Origin: an uncultured Verrucomicrobiae bacterium
Lineage (GTDB): Bacteria; Verrucomicrobiota; Verrucomicrobiia; Limisphaerales; Palsa-1400
Reading direction: 5' to 3'
Assembly: GCA_963764165.1 (NCBI GenBank)
Contig: CAVXRD010000003.1
Span: 384,001-448,000, forward strand
DNA length: 64,000 nt
Positions 39,528 to 49,154 of this stretch are shown in pieces; within the stretch, counting starts at the first letter, position 1; the number at the start of each line of letters is the position of its first letter. Position numbers and translations under genes: made by a program. The notes beneath the pieces were generated by a model. The model was given only the letters and a program-made list of their open reading frames with translations. It did no database searches and was not told the origin of the DNA.

Positions 39528-40837
39528 GGATTGGCCTTGTTGTTGACAATTTGAACCGTGAGATCGGAAATCGGCGCACCGGCAATGGCAGACAAGTCGG
39601 CCAGGGCGATTTCGTAATCCGTCAGATGCTGAAGCAGCATGGACTCGGAATCCTGGGCGCTTTGCTGCGCGGCCAGCACTTGCGTCAAGGCGGCCTGGCC
39701 GGATTCGTAGGAAACGCGGCTCGCCTCGATGCTTTGCCGCGCGAGCGGCGCGACTTTATCTCGGAACAATTCGTAGTGGTGGCGAAACGTCTCAATTTTC
39801 GTAAGCTGCCCGCGGATCATTTGGGCCGTTTGCGTTTGCAGCGTGGCGAGATCGAATTGCGCTCTGGAAACCAATTCGCGATTCTCCCGAATCCCAGCCG
39901 CGTATTTGCCGCGCTCGAACCATGGCAAATTGAAGCTGACTCCCGCCATGACGTCGTCCACAGCTTCCGACGATGCGTTGTAGCGGTCGGCGGCGACACG
40001 GAGTGTCGGCTCGGGTATCCAGTTTCGGCGCGAAGTTTCAAGGCGCGCGCGGGCCGCCGAAATTTTTTCCTTTGCCCCGAGCAATTCCGGCCGATGCGCC
40101 AGCGCCGCCGCCAACGCGCGGTCCATCACCACGTTGATCTCCGAAAACGCGGGCGCCTGCGGACGGCCCAGCGGCGCATCCGCCGGATGATTCATCAGCG
40201 TGTTCAGCGCTGTCTCCTCATCCGCAACCTGGCGCTCGAAATCGAACGCGCTTTCGTCGAGTTTAGCCAAATCCGTTTCCGCCGCCAGGACTCCTGCCTG
40301 CGTTTCCTGGCCGGATTCCAATTTATGCCGCGCCGCGTCGACAATCTGCGCGAGAAAACCCGAAGCGCGCCGGTTGATTTCCCATTGGCCATAGGCGTTC
40401 ACAAGGCGGTAATAGGAATCGCGCGCCAGGGCCTCCAGATCAATTCGCCTTTGTTGCAGGCTCTCATGTGCTGCGTTGGCATCGAAAGTCGCCGCATGCG
40501 CGCGGAGTTTGTTTCGTCCGGCCACGGGAATGGTCTGTTCAAGCGAAACAGTTTGGTCGGCGAAGGAATTCGCCGGGACGTCCACAAAACGCGCGGCCTT
40601 CGCATCGATTCCCAAACGCGGGTCATCCCATGCGCGTTGCTGCGCGACGCGTTCACGCATCGCCCGCCAATCGGCGCCCGCTCCCTTCAGCGACGGATTA
40701 TTCGACGCGACTTCCGAGAGCACCCAATCCAGCGGCAAAACGGACGTCGGCGGAACAAACGCATGGTGCGGCAGCGGCTGGGCCAGCGCGGCGATCGGCC
40801 AGCAGAAAAGCAGGCAATAAACTCGATGTAACTTCAT
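39524..40837 (-). CDS. TolC family outer-membrane channel of the metal efflux system
   Basis: Signal peptide from ATG 40837 with AAGGA 8 nt upstream; coiled-coil OEP repeats; first gene before cusB and cusA. Confidence 0.88.
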   Translation of the reverse strand: MKLHRVYCLLFCWPIAALAQPLPHHAFVPPTSVLPLDWVLSEVASNNPSLKGAGADWRAMRERVAQQRAWDDPRLGIDAKAARFVDVPANSFADQTVSLEQTIPVAGRNKLRAHAATFDANAAHESLQQRRIDLEALARDSYYRLVNAYGQWEINRRASGFLAQIVDAARHKLESGQETQAGVLAAETDLAKLDESAFDFERQVADEETALNTLMNHPADAPLGRPQAPAFSEINVVMDRALAAALAHRPELLGAKEKISAARARLETSRRNWIPEPTLRVAADRYNASSEAVDDVMAGVSFNLPWFERGKYAAGIRENRELVSRAQFDLATLQTQTAQMIRGQLTKIETFRHHYELFRDKVAPLARQSIEASRVSYESGQAALTQVLAAQQSAQDSESMLLQHLTDYEIALADLSAIAGAPISDLTVQIVNNKANP

Positions 40838-40841
40838 ATTT

Positions 40842-40947
40842 TGATTCCTTCGCGGACAAGATGGTTGCGCCTGCCCAGACGGGCGGAGCATAAGAACGAT
40901 TAGTCGCCAGAGGTGGCGACACTACGGGCGAGGTGAGCGAGGAATCA
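40842..40947 (-). promoter_or_regulatory. Candidate SD-sequestering multibranch RNA structure between the Cys-rich ORF and tolC
   Basis: mRNA UGAUUCCUCGC (40947-40937, includes the upstream stop codon) is complementary to GCGAAGGAAUCA (40853-40842, includes the SD); internal hairpins at 40871-40886 and 40903-40920. Confidence 0.6.
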
Positions 40948-41286
40948 GATCAGAAGCGCGCAGTTCCGCTGGTAAAGAGGAACTATCGCAGCCGCTACAA
41001 CGGGCTGAATGCGCATCGGATTTTGTTGCGGCGAAGAAAAATTCGAAACGATGTGCTCAGCCACCGCCGTCACAATTTGCCAGTCACTTTGCGTGTTCGT
41101 GCGCGCTGCGGCAGCGGGAACACGCTCGCTGTTGGAACTAGGCTGCGATTGGCAGCAGCACTTGGCTTGGTGGCAGCAGCATGGCATCTTGGAAGGCACC
41201 ACAGAAACATCCCTTGCGGGCGCAAGTTGCGCCAGCAGCAGCACCAGAAGTAGAATCGGCGCCAAAATGGTTCGGGCAAGTTTCAT
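40945..41286 (-). CDS. Small Cys-rich exported protein / putative leader peptide
   Basis: Signal peptide, MPCCCHQAKCCCQ and C-terminal PLYQRNCALLI; directly upstream of tolC-cusB-cusA. Confidence 0.75.
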   Translation of the reverse strand: MKLARTILAPILLLVLLLAQLAPARDVSVVPSKMPCCCHQAKCCCQSQPSSNSERVPAAAARTNTQSDWQIVTAVAEHIVSNFSSPQQNPMRIQPVVAAAIVPLYQRNCALLI

Positions 41287-41355
41287 TCAAGCCATCCGTA
41301 GTCTTTTACGGCTGCATTTATCATAAGCTTTAATGATAGCTTGTCAATACGCATC

Positions 41356-41458
41356 CGGAGCGCGGCTGTGTCGAAGACCAGCCGCAGCAACGTGGAATCG
41401 ACCAACGCGCCCGGCAATGAAATGCGCTGCGGCTGGTCTTCGACACAGCCGCGCTCCG
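41356..41458. repeat. REP-like doublet, family B
   Basis: Perfect inverted arms 41356-41388 and 41426-41458. Confidence 0.9.
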
Positions 41459-41537
41459 TTGGCTTAGCTGGCGCCGTCATTTGCCTGTTGCGGTCATTTG
41501 CCTTGAACATTCTTCTCCCGTTTCCCACTCTCATACC

Positions 41538-42626
41538 ATGCGCACGGTAAATGTCTCGTTGGGGCCGCGGAGTTATCCCATCATCATTGGTGAGAAACTT
41601 CTGCCGGAGCTTGGAGCGCGCTGCGCGGAACTCGCGCTGGGCCGCCGCTGCGTGGTCATCTCGGATGCAAATGTCGCGCCTAAGTTTGCCGCCAAAGCGC
41701 AGGCGTCGCTGCGCAAATCGGGGTTCGATCCATTGCTGATCACACTGCCGTCAGGCGAAACTTCGAAGAGCCTCAAGGCTTTCCAGAATTGCTGCAATCT
41801 CCTTGCTGAACATCGGCTGGAGCGCAAATCATTCATCGTCGCTCTCGGAGGCGGGGTGATTGGAGATTTGGCAGGATTCGTGGCGGCAGCCTATTTGCGT
41901 GGGATTGCGTTCGTTCAAGTTCCAACCACCCTGCTCGCCCAAGTCGACAGCGCCGTGGGAGGAAAAGTCGGCGTAAATCTTCCGGCGGGCAAGAATCTTG
42001 TCGGTGCATTTCACCAACCGCGCCTTGTGCTGAGCGATCTTGGCACGCTCCGCACCCTGCCCTTGCGCGAATTCCGATCTGGATTGGCGGAGGTCATCAA
42101 GTATGGAATTATATATGACGCGCCGTTTTTCGACAGATTGGAACGCGATCTTCCCAAATTGCTCCGACGCGATGCCAAAATTTTGGCCGACGTCGTCGCC
42201 CGCTGTTGCGAAATAAAAGCCGAAGTCGCGGCGCAGGACGAAACCGAAAGCGGCCTTCGCGCCATCCTCAATTTTGGCCACACCATTGGCCACGCCATCG
42301 AAGCGATTTCCGGCTACGGAAAATATCTGCACGGCGAAGCCATCTCCATCGGCCAGGTTGCGGCGGCTGAATTGTCTGTGCAATTGACCGGTCTTTCAAA
42401 AGAATCGGCTCGGCGGATTGAGAAATGGTTTGTCCGCGCTGGCTTGCCGGTATCGATCAAACTTTCGCCTCGCCAGCAAAAGGCTCTTCTCACCGCAATG
42501 CAATTGGACAAGAAAGTGAGCGACGGGCAGATTCGATTTGTGCTCGCGCGGGAAATCGGACGCGTCGAGATCGGCTGCAAGGTTTCTGTGGAATGCATTC
42601 GGAGTGCGATAGCGAGCGAGCGATGA
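41538..42626 (+). CDS. aroB: 3-dehydroquinate synthase
   Basis: GGGVIGDLAGF, PTTLLAQVDSAVGGK and LNFGHTIGHAIE; ATG 41538. Confidence 0.97.
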   Translation: MRTVNVSLGPRSYPIIIGEKLLPELGARCAELALGRRCVVISDANVAPKFAAKAQASLRKSGFDPLLITLPSGETSKSLKAFQNCCNLLAEHRLERKSFIVALGGGVIGDLAGFVAAAYLRGIAFVQVPTTLLAQVDSAVGGKVGVNLPAGKNLVGAFHQPRLVLSDLGTLRTLPLREFRSGLAEVIKYGIIYDAPFFDRLERDLPKLLRRDAKILADVVARCCEIKAEVAAQDETESGLRAILNFGHTIGHAIEAISGYGKYLHGEAISIGQVAAAELSVQLTGLSKESARRIEKWFVRAGLPVSIKLSPRQQKALLTAMQLDKKVSDGQIRFVLAREIGRVEIGCKVSVECIRSAIASER

Positions 42627-42640
42627 ACGTGGCCCTTCAG

Positions 42641-42765
42641 ACGGAGCGCGGCTGTGTCGAAGACCAGCCGCAGCAGCGCCGAACCGCCGCGCGCGTCGCT
42701 CGATTGCACGCTGCTGCGGCTGATTCTCCGTCGCTGCGCTCCGTCCGAATACAGCCGCGCTCCGT
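42641..42765. repeat. REP-like doublet, family B (second arm has an expanded loop)
   Basis: Arms 42641-42678 and 42709-42765. Confidence 0.85.
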
Positions 42766-42772
42766 TCGCGAA

Positions 42773-42801
42773 TTGCAAATGAGGCGCGCGTCAACTAACT
42801 T
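42773..42801 (+). promoter_or_regulatory. Sigma70-type promoter, probably giving a leaderless transcript
   Basis: TTGCAA-17 nt-TAACTT, then 5 nt to the GTG start. Confidence 0.55.
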
Positions 42802-42806
42802 ACGCC

Positions 42807-43376
42807 GTGGTTTTAGTCATAGATAATTACGATTCGTTCACCTACAACCTCGTCCAGTACTTGGGCGAGATGAAGGTGCCGATGGAAATTCGCCGCAACG
42901 ACCAGATCACGCTTGATCAGGCGCGCGAGCTGAATCCCGAGCGGATTCTCGTCTCGCCTGGCCCCTGCTCTCCCCGCGAATCGGGCCTTTCAAACGACAT
43001 CATTCGCGCATTCGGCACGAAGATTCCAGTCTTTGGCGTCTGCCTTGGGCACCAGTGCATTGGCCACACTTTTGGCGGCGATGTTATTGTCAATTATAGA
43101 ATCATGCACGGCAAAACGTCGCTCATCCGCCACAACGGCAAGGATCTTTTTCGCGATATGCCAAATCCCTTCGCCGCGACGCGCTATCATTCGCTCGTCA
43201 TCAAGCGAGAGACGCTCCCCGATTGCCTTGAAATCACGGCGGAGACGGAGGAAGGCGAAATCATGGGCGTGCGCCACAAGGAATTTCCGATTTGGGGCGT
43301 GCAGTTTCACCCTGAGAGCATTCTGACCGAAAGCGGCCGCCAGATTCTCAAAAATTTCATGACGCTGGCAGCGTAG
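42807..43376 (+). CDS. Anthranilate/aminodeoxychorismate synthase component II (TrpG/PabA)
   Basis: [27 protein letters not shown] and QFHPES. Confidence 0.95.
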   Translation: MVLVIDNYDSFTYNLVQYLGEMKVPMEIRRNDQITLDQARELNPERILVSPGPCSPRESGLSNDIIRAFGTKIPVFGVCLGHQCIGHTFGGDVIVNYRIMHGKTSLIRHNGKDLFRDMPNPFAATRYHSLVIKRETLPDCLEITAETEEGEIMGVRHKEFPIWGVQFHPESILTESGRQILKNFMTLAA

Positions 43377-43396
43377 ATCCAATCACCAAGCCTCTC

Positions 43397-44857
43397 TTGA
43401 ATCCGCCTAATTCGCATCCCGATTTTCAGCGGCTGGCACGCCAGGAGATGCTGCATGAAGGCTTCCAGCCTGACTTCCCGCCGGAGGTTGTTGCCGAAGT
43501 CAAATCGTTTTCCCCTGCCCCGACGGATGGGAAATCGCGCGACCTGCGAAATCTGCTTTGGTCCTCCATCGATAATACCGAGTCCCGCGATCTCGACCAG
43601 ATCGAGTGGGCGGAAAAGGCCGATAATAATTGCATTCGCGTCCGGGTTGGTGTCGCCGATGTCGACGCGGTCGTGAAAGCCAATTCGGCGACGGATGCTC
43701 ACGCGCGCGCGAACGCGACTTCTGTTTACCCGGGTGGGCCGGTGTTCCCGATGCTTCCCGAGCGATTGTCGACTGACTTGACGTCGCTCAATCTCAACGA
43801 AGATCGCGCCGCGTTCGTGACCGAATACGTTGTCGATCCAAATGGCGAGGTTGTTCATTCTGAAGTTTTTCAGGCCGTGGTGCGCAATCGCGCTCAATTA
43901 AATTACGAACAAGTCGGCAATTGGCTGGAAAAATCTCCGAGCGCCACAGGTTCTCCATTCACTTCGCCCGGTCTCGCCGAGCAGTTGCTGCTGCAAAACG
44001 AAGCAAGCCGCCGCCTGACCGCTCTTCGCAAACAGCACGGTTCGCTCACGCTGGATGGCGAGGACAGCGAGCCGAAAATTGTCAATAATACCGTCCAGAG
44101 TTTCCTGACGGTGCGGGATAATCCGGCCCGCCAGCTTATCGAAAGTTTCATGGTCGCCGCCAACGTGGCGATGGCTGGGTTTCTGCGCGCTCGCGGCTGC
44201 TTCTGCCTTCGCCGCGTCGTAAGAACGCCAAAACGCTGGGATCGAATCCAAGAACTGGCGGCTGCCGCAGGCGCCAAACTCCCCAGCGAACCGGACGCCC
44301 GCGCCTTGAATGCATTTTTATTGGCGCGAAAACAAGCGGACCCGGAGAGGTTCCCGGAATTGTCGCTTGCCGTCGTCAAGTCCCTTGGCCCGGGAGAGTA
44401 CGTCGTCGAGCATCCAGGCGATGAGCACACCGGACACTTTGCCCTGGCGGTCGGCGACTATACACATTCCACCGCACCGAACCGGCGCTACGCGGACCTG
44501 ACGGTGCTTCGGCTGCTGAAGTCCGCGCTGGCGGGCGCGCCCGCACCGTTTTCCGAAGGCGCGCTGACGGATTTGGCCGCTCATTGCACTGAGCGCGAAG
44601 CGGCTTCGCGGCATGTTGAACGCTTTATGAAGAAGGTGGCCGCCGCAATCATGCTTGCGCCGAAAGTTGGGTCTGTATTTGACGCCATTGTCACCGGTGT
44701 TTCACCCAAGGGAACATTCGCCCGTTTGTTGACAGTTCCCGCCGAAGGCAGGATCATGCACGGCGCCCAAGGGCTGGATGTCGGCGCGAAAACGCAAGTG
44801 AAACTCACGGGCGTTGATGCGTCGAAAGGCTTCATCGATTTTGCCGTGGCCCCCTGA
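43397..44857 (+). CDS. RNB-domain (RNase II/R family) ribonuclease, compact form
   Basis: SIDNTESRDLDQ, IESFMVAAN, HFALAVGDYTHSTAPNRRYADL and C-terminal S1-like domain. Confidence 0.9.
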   Translation: MNPPNSHPDFQRLARQEMLHEGFQPDFPPEVVAEVKSFSPAPTDGKSRDLRNLLWSSIDNTESRDLDQIEWAEKADNNCIRVRVGVADVDAVVKANSATDAHARANATSVYPGGPVFPMLPERLSTDLTSLNLNEDRAAFVTEYVVDPNGEVVHSEVFQAVVRNRAQLNYEQVGNWLEKSPSATGSPFTSPGLAEQLLLQNEASRRLTALRKQHGSLTLDGEDSEPKIVNNTVQSFLTVRDNPARQLIESFMVAANVAMAGFLRARGCFCLRRVVRTPKRWDRIQELAAAAGAKLPSEPDARALNAFLLARKQADPERFPELSLAVVKSLGPGEYVVEHPGDEHTGHFALAVGDYTHSTAPNRRYADLTVLRLLKSALAGAPAPFSEGALTDLAAHCTEREAASRHVERFMKKVAAAIMLAPKVGSVFDAIVTGVSPKGTFARLLTVPAEGRIMHGAQGLDVGAKTQVKLTGVDASKGFIDFAVAP

Positions 44858-44872
44858 CAAGTCAGATACACA

Positions 44873-46015
44873 ATGAAATCAAAAAAGGCAGCACCCACTC
44901 CACAACTTTCTACCTTCGCGTTTCCGACCAAGACACTTTACGGCACGGGCGCCCTTGGCTCCCTGCCTTCGATGCTCGCGGAATTGAAGATCAAACGCCC
45001 TTTGATCGTCACGGATCCCGGACTCCTCCCGACCAACGCATTCCATCAGCTTCAGCAGGTTTCCAAAGGCAAATGGCCAGTCTGCTCCGCCGTGCATCCG
45101 AATCCAATTGTTGACGATGTGGAGGCGTGCGCCCAGGCCTTCCGCAAGGGCAAATGCGATGCCGTCCTCGCATTTGGCGGCGGCAGCGCGCTCGATGTCG
45201 GCAAGGCCGTTCGCTTGCGGTTGAAGCGCCCGAAACTTCCGCTCTCCAGATTTGATTGGACGCTGGATTGGAGCGGACTTGCGCCGTTCGTCGCCATTCC
45301 CACCACGGCGGGAACCGGCAGCGAAGTTGGGCGCAGTTCGGTGATCACGATTGATGGCCGCAAACGCGTCATGTTCCACCCGGCGCTGCTGGCGGCGTTT
45401 GTTATACTTGACCCCGTGCTGACCGTTGATTTGCCGCCGCGCCTGACCGCTGCCACTGGCGCGGATGCCCTCACCCATTGCATTGAGTCATTCGTCTCGC
45501 CTGTTTTCCATCCGCTGTGCGAAGGCATCGCGCTGGAGGGATTGCATTTGATCGCGACAGCGTTGCCAAGAGCTGTCAAGCATGGGGCCGACCTAGAGGC
45601 GCGCGGGCACATGCAGATCGCGGCCATGATGGGTGGCATCGCCTTTCAAAAGGATCTCGGTGTCGCGCATTCCCTTTCGCATCCGCTTTCGACCTTATGC
45701 GGCCTGCACCATGGAACGGCCAACGCGCTGACGCTTCCCGCGACGATGCGTTTCAACGCCTCGCGCAAGCCCGGCCTTTACCGCCGCGTCGGCATTGCGC
45801 TGGGCTTGGAAAATCCCGACGACTGCGCCACCATTGAATTTGTCGAGCGCTTGCTTGCTGACATTGGTTTGACGCCTGGTCTCCGCCATTATGGCGTAAA
45901 AACGTCGCAATTTCCGGCGCTGACGAAGCTGGCTTTTGCCGATTCGTGCCATCAAACGAACGCGGTCCCTGTCACGACAAAGGATTTGCGCGAACTTTAC
46001 GAAATCGCCTATTAA
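44873..46015 (+). CDS. Iron-containing alcohol dehydrogenase
   Basis: GGGSALDVGK, PTTAGTGSE, DALTHCIE, HSLSH and HHG. Confidence 0.93.
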   Translation: MKSKKAAPTPQLSTFAFPTKTLYGTGALGSLPSMLAELKIKRPLIVTDPGLLPTNAFHQLQQVSKGKWPVCSAVHPNPIVDDVEACAQAFRKGKCDAVLAFGGGSALDVGKAVRLRLKRPKLPLSRFDWTLDWSGLAPFVAIPTTAGTGSEVGRSSVITIDGRKRVMFHPALLAAFVILDPVLTVDLPPRLTAATGADALTHCIESFVSPVFHPLCEGIALEGLHLIATALPRAVKHGADLEARGHMQIAAMMGGIAFQKDLGVAHSLSHPLSTLCGLHHGTANALTLPATMRFNASRKPGLYRRVGIALGLENPDDCATIEFVERLLADIGLTPGLRHYGVKTSQFPALTKLAFADSCHQTNAVPVTTKDLRELYEIAY

Positions 46016-46018
46016 GCC

Positions 46019-47449
46019 ATGAAATTCCCGGTTCAACTCGTCATCAATGGCAAGACGTGTGCTGCGACAGGCGGGCAAACGCGTCCGCTCATTAATCCGT
46101 CCACCGAAGAGACTCTTTGCGAGGTTGCGTCGGCGACGGCGAAGGATGTCGAGATTGCAGTCGAGGGCGCGCAAAAAGCATTTCTCGAGGAATGGCGCGA
46201 CATGAAGCCCGGAAAACGCGCGGAAGTTCTTTTTCGCGTGGCCCACGAAATTCGCGCCAATATCGAGGAGCTTGCCCAATTGGAAATGCTGAACATCGGC
46301 AAGCCCATCAGCGATGCGCGCGATGAAATTGGTTTGGGCGCGCGGACGTTCGAATACTATGCCGGAGCCGTGGGCAAATTTTGCGGCCAGACCATTCCGG
46401 TCGCGCGCGGAGGATTTGATTTTACGCTGCGCCAGCCGATGGGAGTTGTCGCAGCCATCGTGCCGTGGAATTTTCCGTTTCCGATTGCCTGCTGGAAAGT
46501 CGCGCCGGCCCTCGCCGCCGGGAACTCGGTCATTCTCAAACCAGCCACGCTCTCTCCGCTGACGGCATTGCGCCTTGGCGAAATTGCGCTTTCGGCGGGC
46601 CTTCCTTCCGGCGTGCTGCAAGTTCTCGCGGGGCCGGGCGCGGAAATTGGCAATGCGCTCGTGCGCCATCCGCTGGTGCGCAAAATCGGCTTCACTGGAT
46701 CGACTGCTGTTGGCTCCAGCATCATGGAGATGGCGGCGAATGACATCAAACGCGTCTCGCTGGAATTGGGCGGCAAATCTCCGAACATCGTCTTTGCGGA
46801 CGCCGATTGGGAAACCGCGGCCCGCACTTCTCCCATGAGTGTCTTTGCAAATACAGGCCAGGATTGCTGCGCTCGCAGCCGCTTGTTTGTTGAGCGCAGG
46901 ATTTACAAAAAATTTGTGGATGTTTTTGTCGAATCTACCGCTGCGCTCGTCGTGGGAAATCCGGCCAAGGACAAAACGCAGTTGGGTCCGCTCGTCTCGA
47001 AGCAACAGCGCGACAGTGTCGAAACGTTTCTGGAAGGAGCGAAAAAATTTAAGCGCAAATTCCTTTTCGGAGGAGACCGCCCTGCGAAGAAGGGATATTT
47101 TTTGAATCCAACCGTCGTGGCTGAATGCGAGACATCAGACGAAATTTGGCGGCAGGAGGTTTTCGGCCCGGTCGTTTGCCTCCGCCCATTCACCGACGAA
47201 GCCGCGATGCTGGCGGAAGTGAATGAATCGCCTTACGGACTGAGCGGCTCGATTTGGACGCGCGATTTGTCCCGCGCCTTGCGCGTGGCGCGCCTTGTCG
47301 AGAGTGGTGTGCTGAGCGTCAACAGCCATTCGAGCGTGCATCTCGAAGCGCCGTTCGGCGGATTCAAGCAAAGCGGCCTCGGCCGCGATCTCGGCATGAC
47401 GGCGATGGAAAGTTACAGTGAATTGAAAAACGTCTACGTCGCGGAATAA
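46019..47449 (+). CDS. Aldehyde dehydrogenase (aminoaldehyde/PuuC-like)
   Basis: PWNFP, FTGST, LELGGKSP, GQDC, EVFGPV and FGGFKQSG. Confidence 0.93.
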   Translation: MKFPVQLVINGKTCAATGGQTRPLINPSTEETLCEVASATAKDVEIAVEGAQKAFLEEWRDMKPGKRAEVLFRVAHEIRANIEELAQLEMLNIGKPISDARDEIGLGARTFEYYAGAVGKFCGQTIPVARGGFDFTLRQPMGVVAAIVPWNFPFPIACWKVAPALAAGNSVILKPATLSPLTALRLGEIALSAGLPSGVLQVLAGPGAEIGNALVRHPLVRKIGFTGSTAVGSSIMEMAANDIKRVSLELGGKSPNIVFADADWETAARTSPMSVFANTGQDCCARSRLFVERRIYKKFVDVFVESTAALVVGNPAKDKTQLGPLVSKQQRDSVETFLEGAKKFKRKFLFGGDRPAKKGYFLNPTVVAECETSDEIWRQEVFGPVVCLRPFTDEAAMLAEVNESPYGLSGSIWTRDLSRALRVARLVESGVLSVNSHSSVHLEAPFGGFKQSGLGRDLGMTAMESYSELKNVYVAE

Positions 47450-47452
47450 AAA

Positions 47453-48799
47453 ATGAATCTCGCCCAGCTCAAATCGAAAATCGGACGCGGAGAAATCGAC
47501 ACGATTCAGGTGGTGTTTCCCGATCCGATCGGCCGCCTGCTGGGCAAGCGCGTCACAGGCCGCCATTTTCTCGATTCGATTCTTCCGGACGGAACACACG
47601 GCTGCAATTATCTCCTGACCGTCGACATGGAAATGGAGCCGGTTCCCGGATTCAAGCTGGCCAACTGGGAATCGGGCTTCGGCGATTTTTCGTTCAAGGT
47701 CGATATTTCCACGTTGCGCCCCATTCCATGGATCCCCGGCACTGCATTGGTTATTTGCGATTTATTTCATCACGACGAAAAGCCTGTTGAAGAATGCCCG
47801 CGCCAAGTGCTTCGCCGCCAGCTCGAAGCGCTAAAAAAGGACGGCTTCAATTGCTTCGCGGCCAGCGAGCTGGAATTTTTCCTGTTCAACCAAACGTATC
47901 ACGAAGCGGTGGAAAAACGGTTCGTTGATTTGACGCCATCGAGCGATTACCGGATCGATTACCATGTCTCCCAACCCGCCCGCGATGAGGCCATCATGAA
48001 GGCGTTGCGCAATCAGATGGACGCGGCGGACATTCCAATTGAGTCGTCGAAGGGCGAATGGGGAAAGGGCCAGCACGAGGTAAATTTTATATATGACGAG
48101 CCGCTCGCGATGGCGGACCGGCATGTCGTCTTCAAGCAAGGCGCGCGGGAAATCGCCGCGCAAAACGGCAAGTGCATCACCTTCATGCCCAAGTTCGACG
48201 CGGGCGAAGTCGGCAGCAGCTGCCATATTCACATGAGCCTTTGGGGCGGCGGCAAAAATCAATTCTGGGATGTCAAAAAGAAGGAGGGCTCGAAGATTTT
48301 TCGCCAATTTCTCGGCGGCTTGATGAAATACGGGCCGGAACTTTGCTACTTTTTCGCGCCGACCATCAATGCCTACAAACGCTATCAACCCGGCAGTTGG
48401 GCGCCCACCAAAATGGCGTGGGCTTACGATAATCGGACTGCGGGCTATCGCGTGGTTGGCGGCGGAAACTCCTTTCGCATTGAAAATCGAATGCCCGGTG
48501 CCGACGCCAATCCGTATCTCGCTTTCGCCGCCATGATTGCAGCGGGCCGCGCCGGAATCGCCGAGAACCTCAATTGCGGCGATGTCTATACTGGCAATGC
48601 CTACGCAGACCCCGGTTTGCCGGCCCTCCCGCATTCTCTTCGCACCGCCGCTGAATTGCTCAACGCAAGCCAACTCGCAAAAAAATCGATGGGCGAAGCC
48701 GTGGTGGAATTTTACGTCCACACCGCCCGCGCTGAGGCGCAAGCGTACGACAACGCGGTGACGGATTGGGAAAAAAAGCGCTATTTCGAGCGCATTTGA
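47453..48799 (+). CDS. Glutamine synthetase family protein (gamma-glutamyl-amine ligase, PuuA-like)
   Basis: GRLLGKR, SELEFF, GQHEVN, SSCHIHMS, DNRT and ENRMPGADANPYL. Confidence 0.9.
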   Translation: MNLAQLKSKIGRGEIDTIQVVFPDPIGRLLGKRVTGRHFLDSILPDGTHGCNYLLTVDMEMEPVPGFKLANWESGFGDFSFKVDISTLRPIPWIPGTALVICDLFHHDEKPVEECPRQVLRRQLEALKKDGFNCFAASELEFFLFNQTYHEAVEKRFVDLTPSSDYRIDYHVSQPARDEAIMKALRNQMDAADIPIESSKGEWGKGQHEVNFIYDEPLAMADRHVVFKQGAREIAAQNGKCITFMPKFDAGEVGSSCHIHMSLWGGGKNQFWDVKKKEGSKIFRQFLGGLMKYGPELCYFFAPTINAYKRYQPGSWAPTKMAWAYDNRTAGYRVVGGGNSFRIENRMPGADANPYLAFAAMIAAGRAGIAENLNCGDVYTGNAYADPGLPALPHSLRTAAELLNASQLAKKSMGEAVVEFYVHTARAEAQAYDNAVTDWEKKRYFERI

Positions 48800-48821
48800 T
48801 TCCAACCATTAGGCAATCTCG

Positions 48822-49066
48822 GTAGGGCGAGTCTCCCGCCGAGCCATCTTCGCGGGGACGGCTCGGCGGGAGGCCCCAATCAACAAAGTTGGTGAGAAGT
48901 GCCAATGATCCGAAGTGGGATGCGGGACGCGAGGCGCGTCCCGCTGCACGCGGGGGCGCGTGCGCTCCCCGGATTCAGACCTTGGGGAGCACACGCGCCT
49001 CGCGTGTCGCGCTCGGCGCCCTCGCGGAGCGCTTCCCCTGTGGTTCATTGGCAACCTCGCCCTGCC
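48822..49066. repeat. Cluster of REP-like elements: GTAGGGCGAG family enclosing a GGGGAGCRCACGCG pair
   Basis: Arm 48822-48845; partial partners 48859-48877 and 49055-49066; inner inverted pair 48921-48970 and 48983-49032. Confidence 0.7.
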
Positions 49067-49154
49067 ACGCTCATTTAACGTTCGTGCAAGATTTTTCAAA
49101 AGTGTGACAATTCGCTCGCGAGGGTGTTTAAGTTGTCATGGAAAAATCGACGCG

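Noticed and set aside
27709..42765. 31-bp repeats as a possible CRISPR array
   Set aside because: They occur as dispersed inverted doublets, not direct repeats with spacers; no cas genes
48915..49154. Upstream extension of the sensor kinase
   Set aside because: Made of REP and promoter sequence; ATG 49155 precedes the first TM helix
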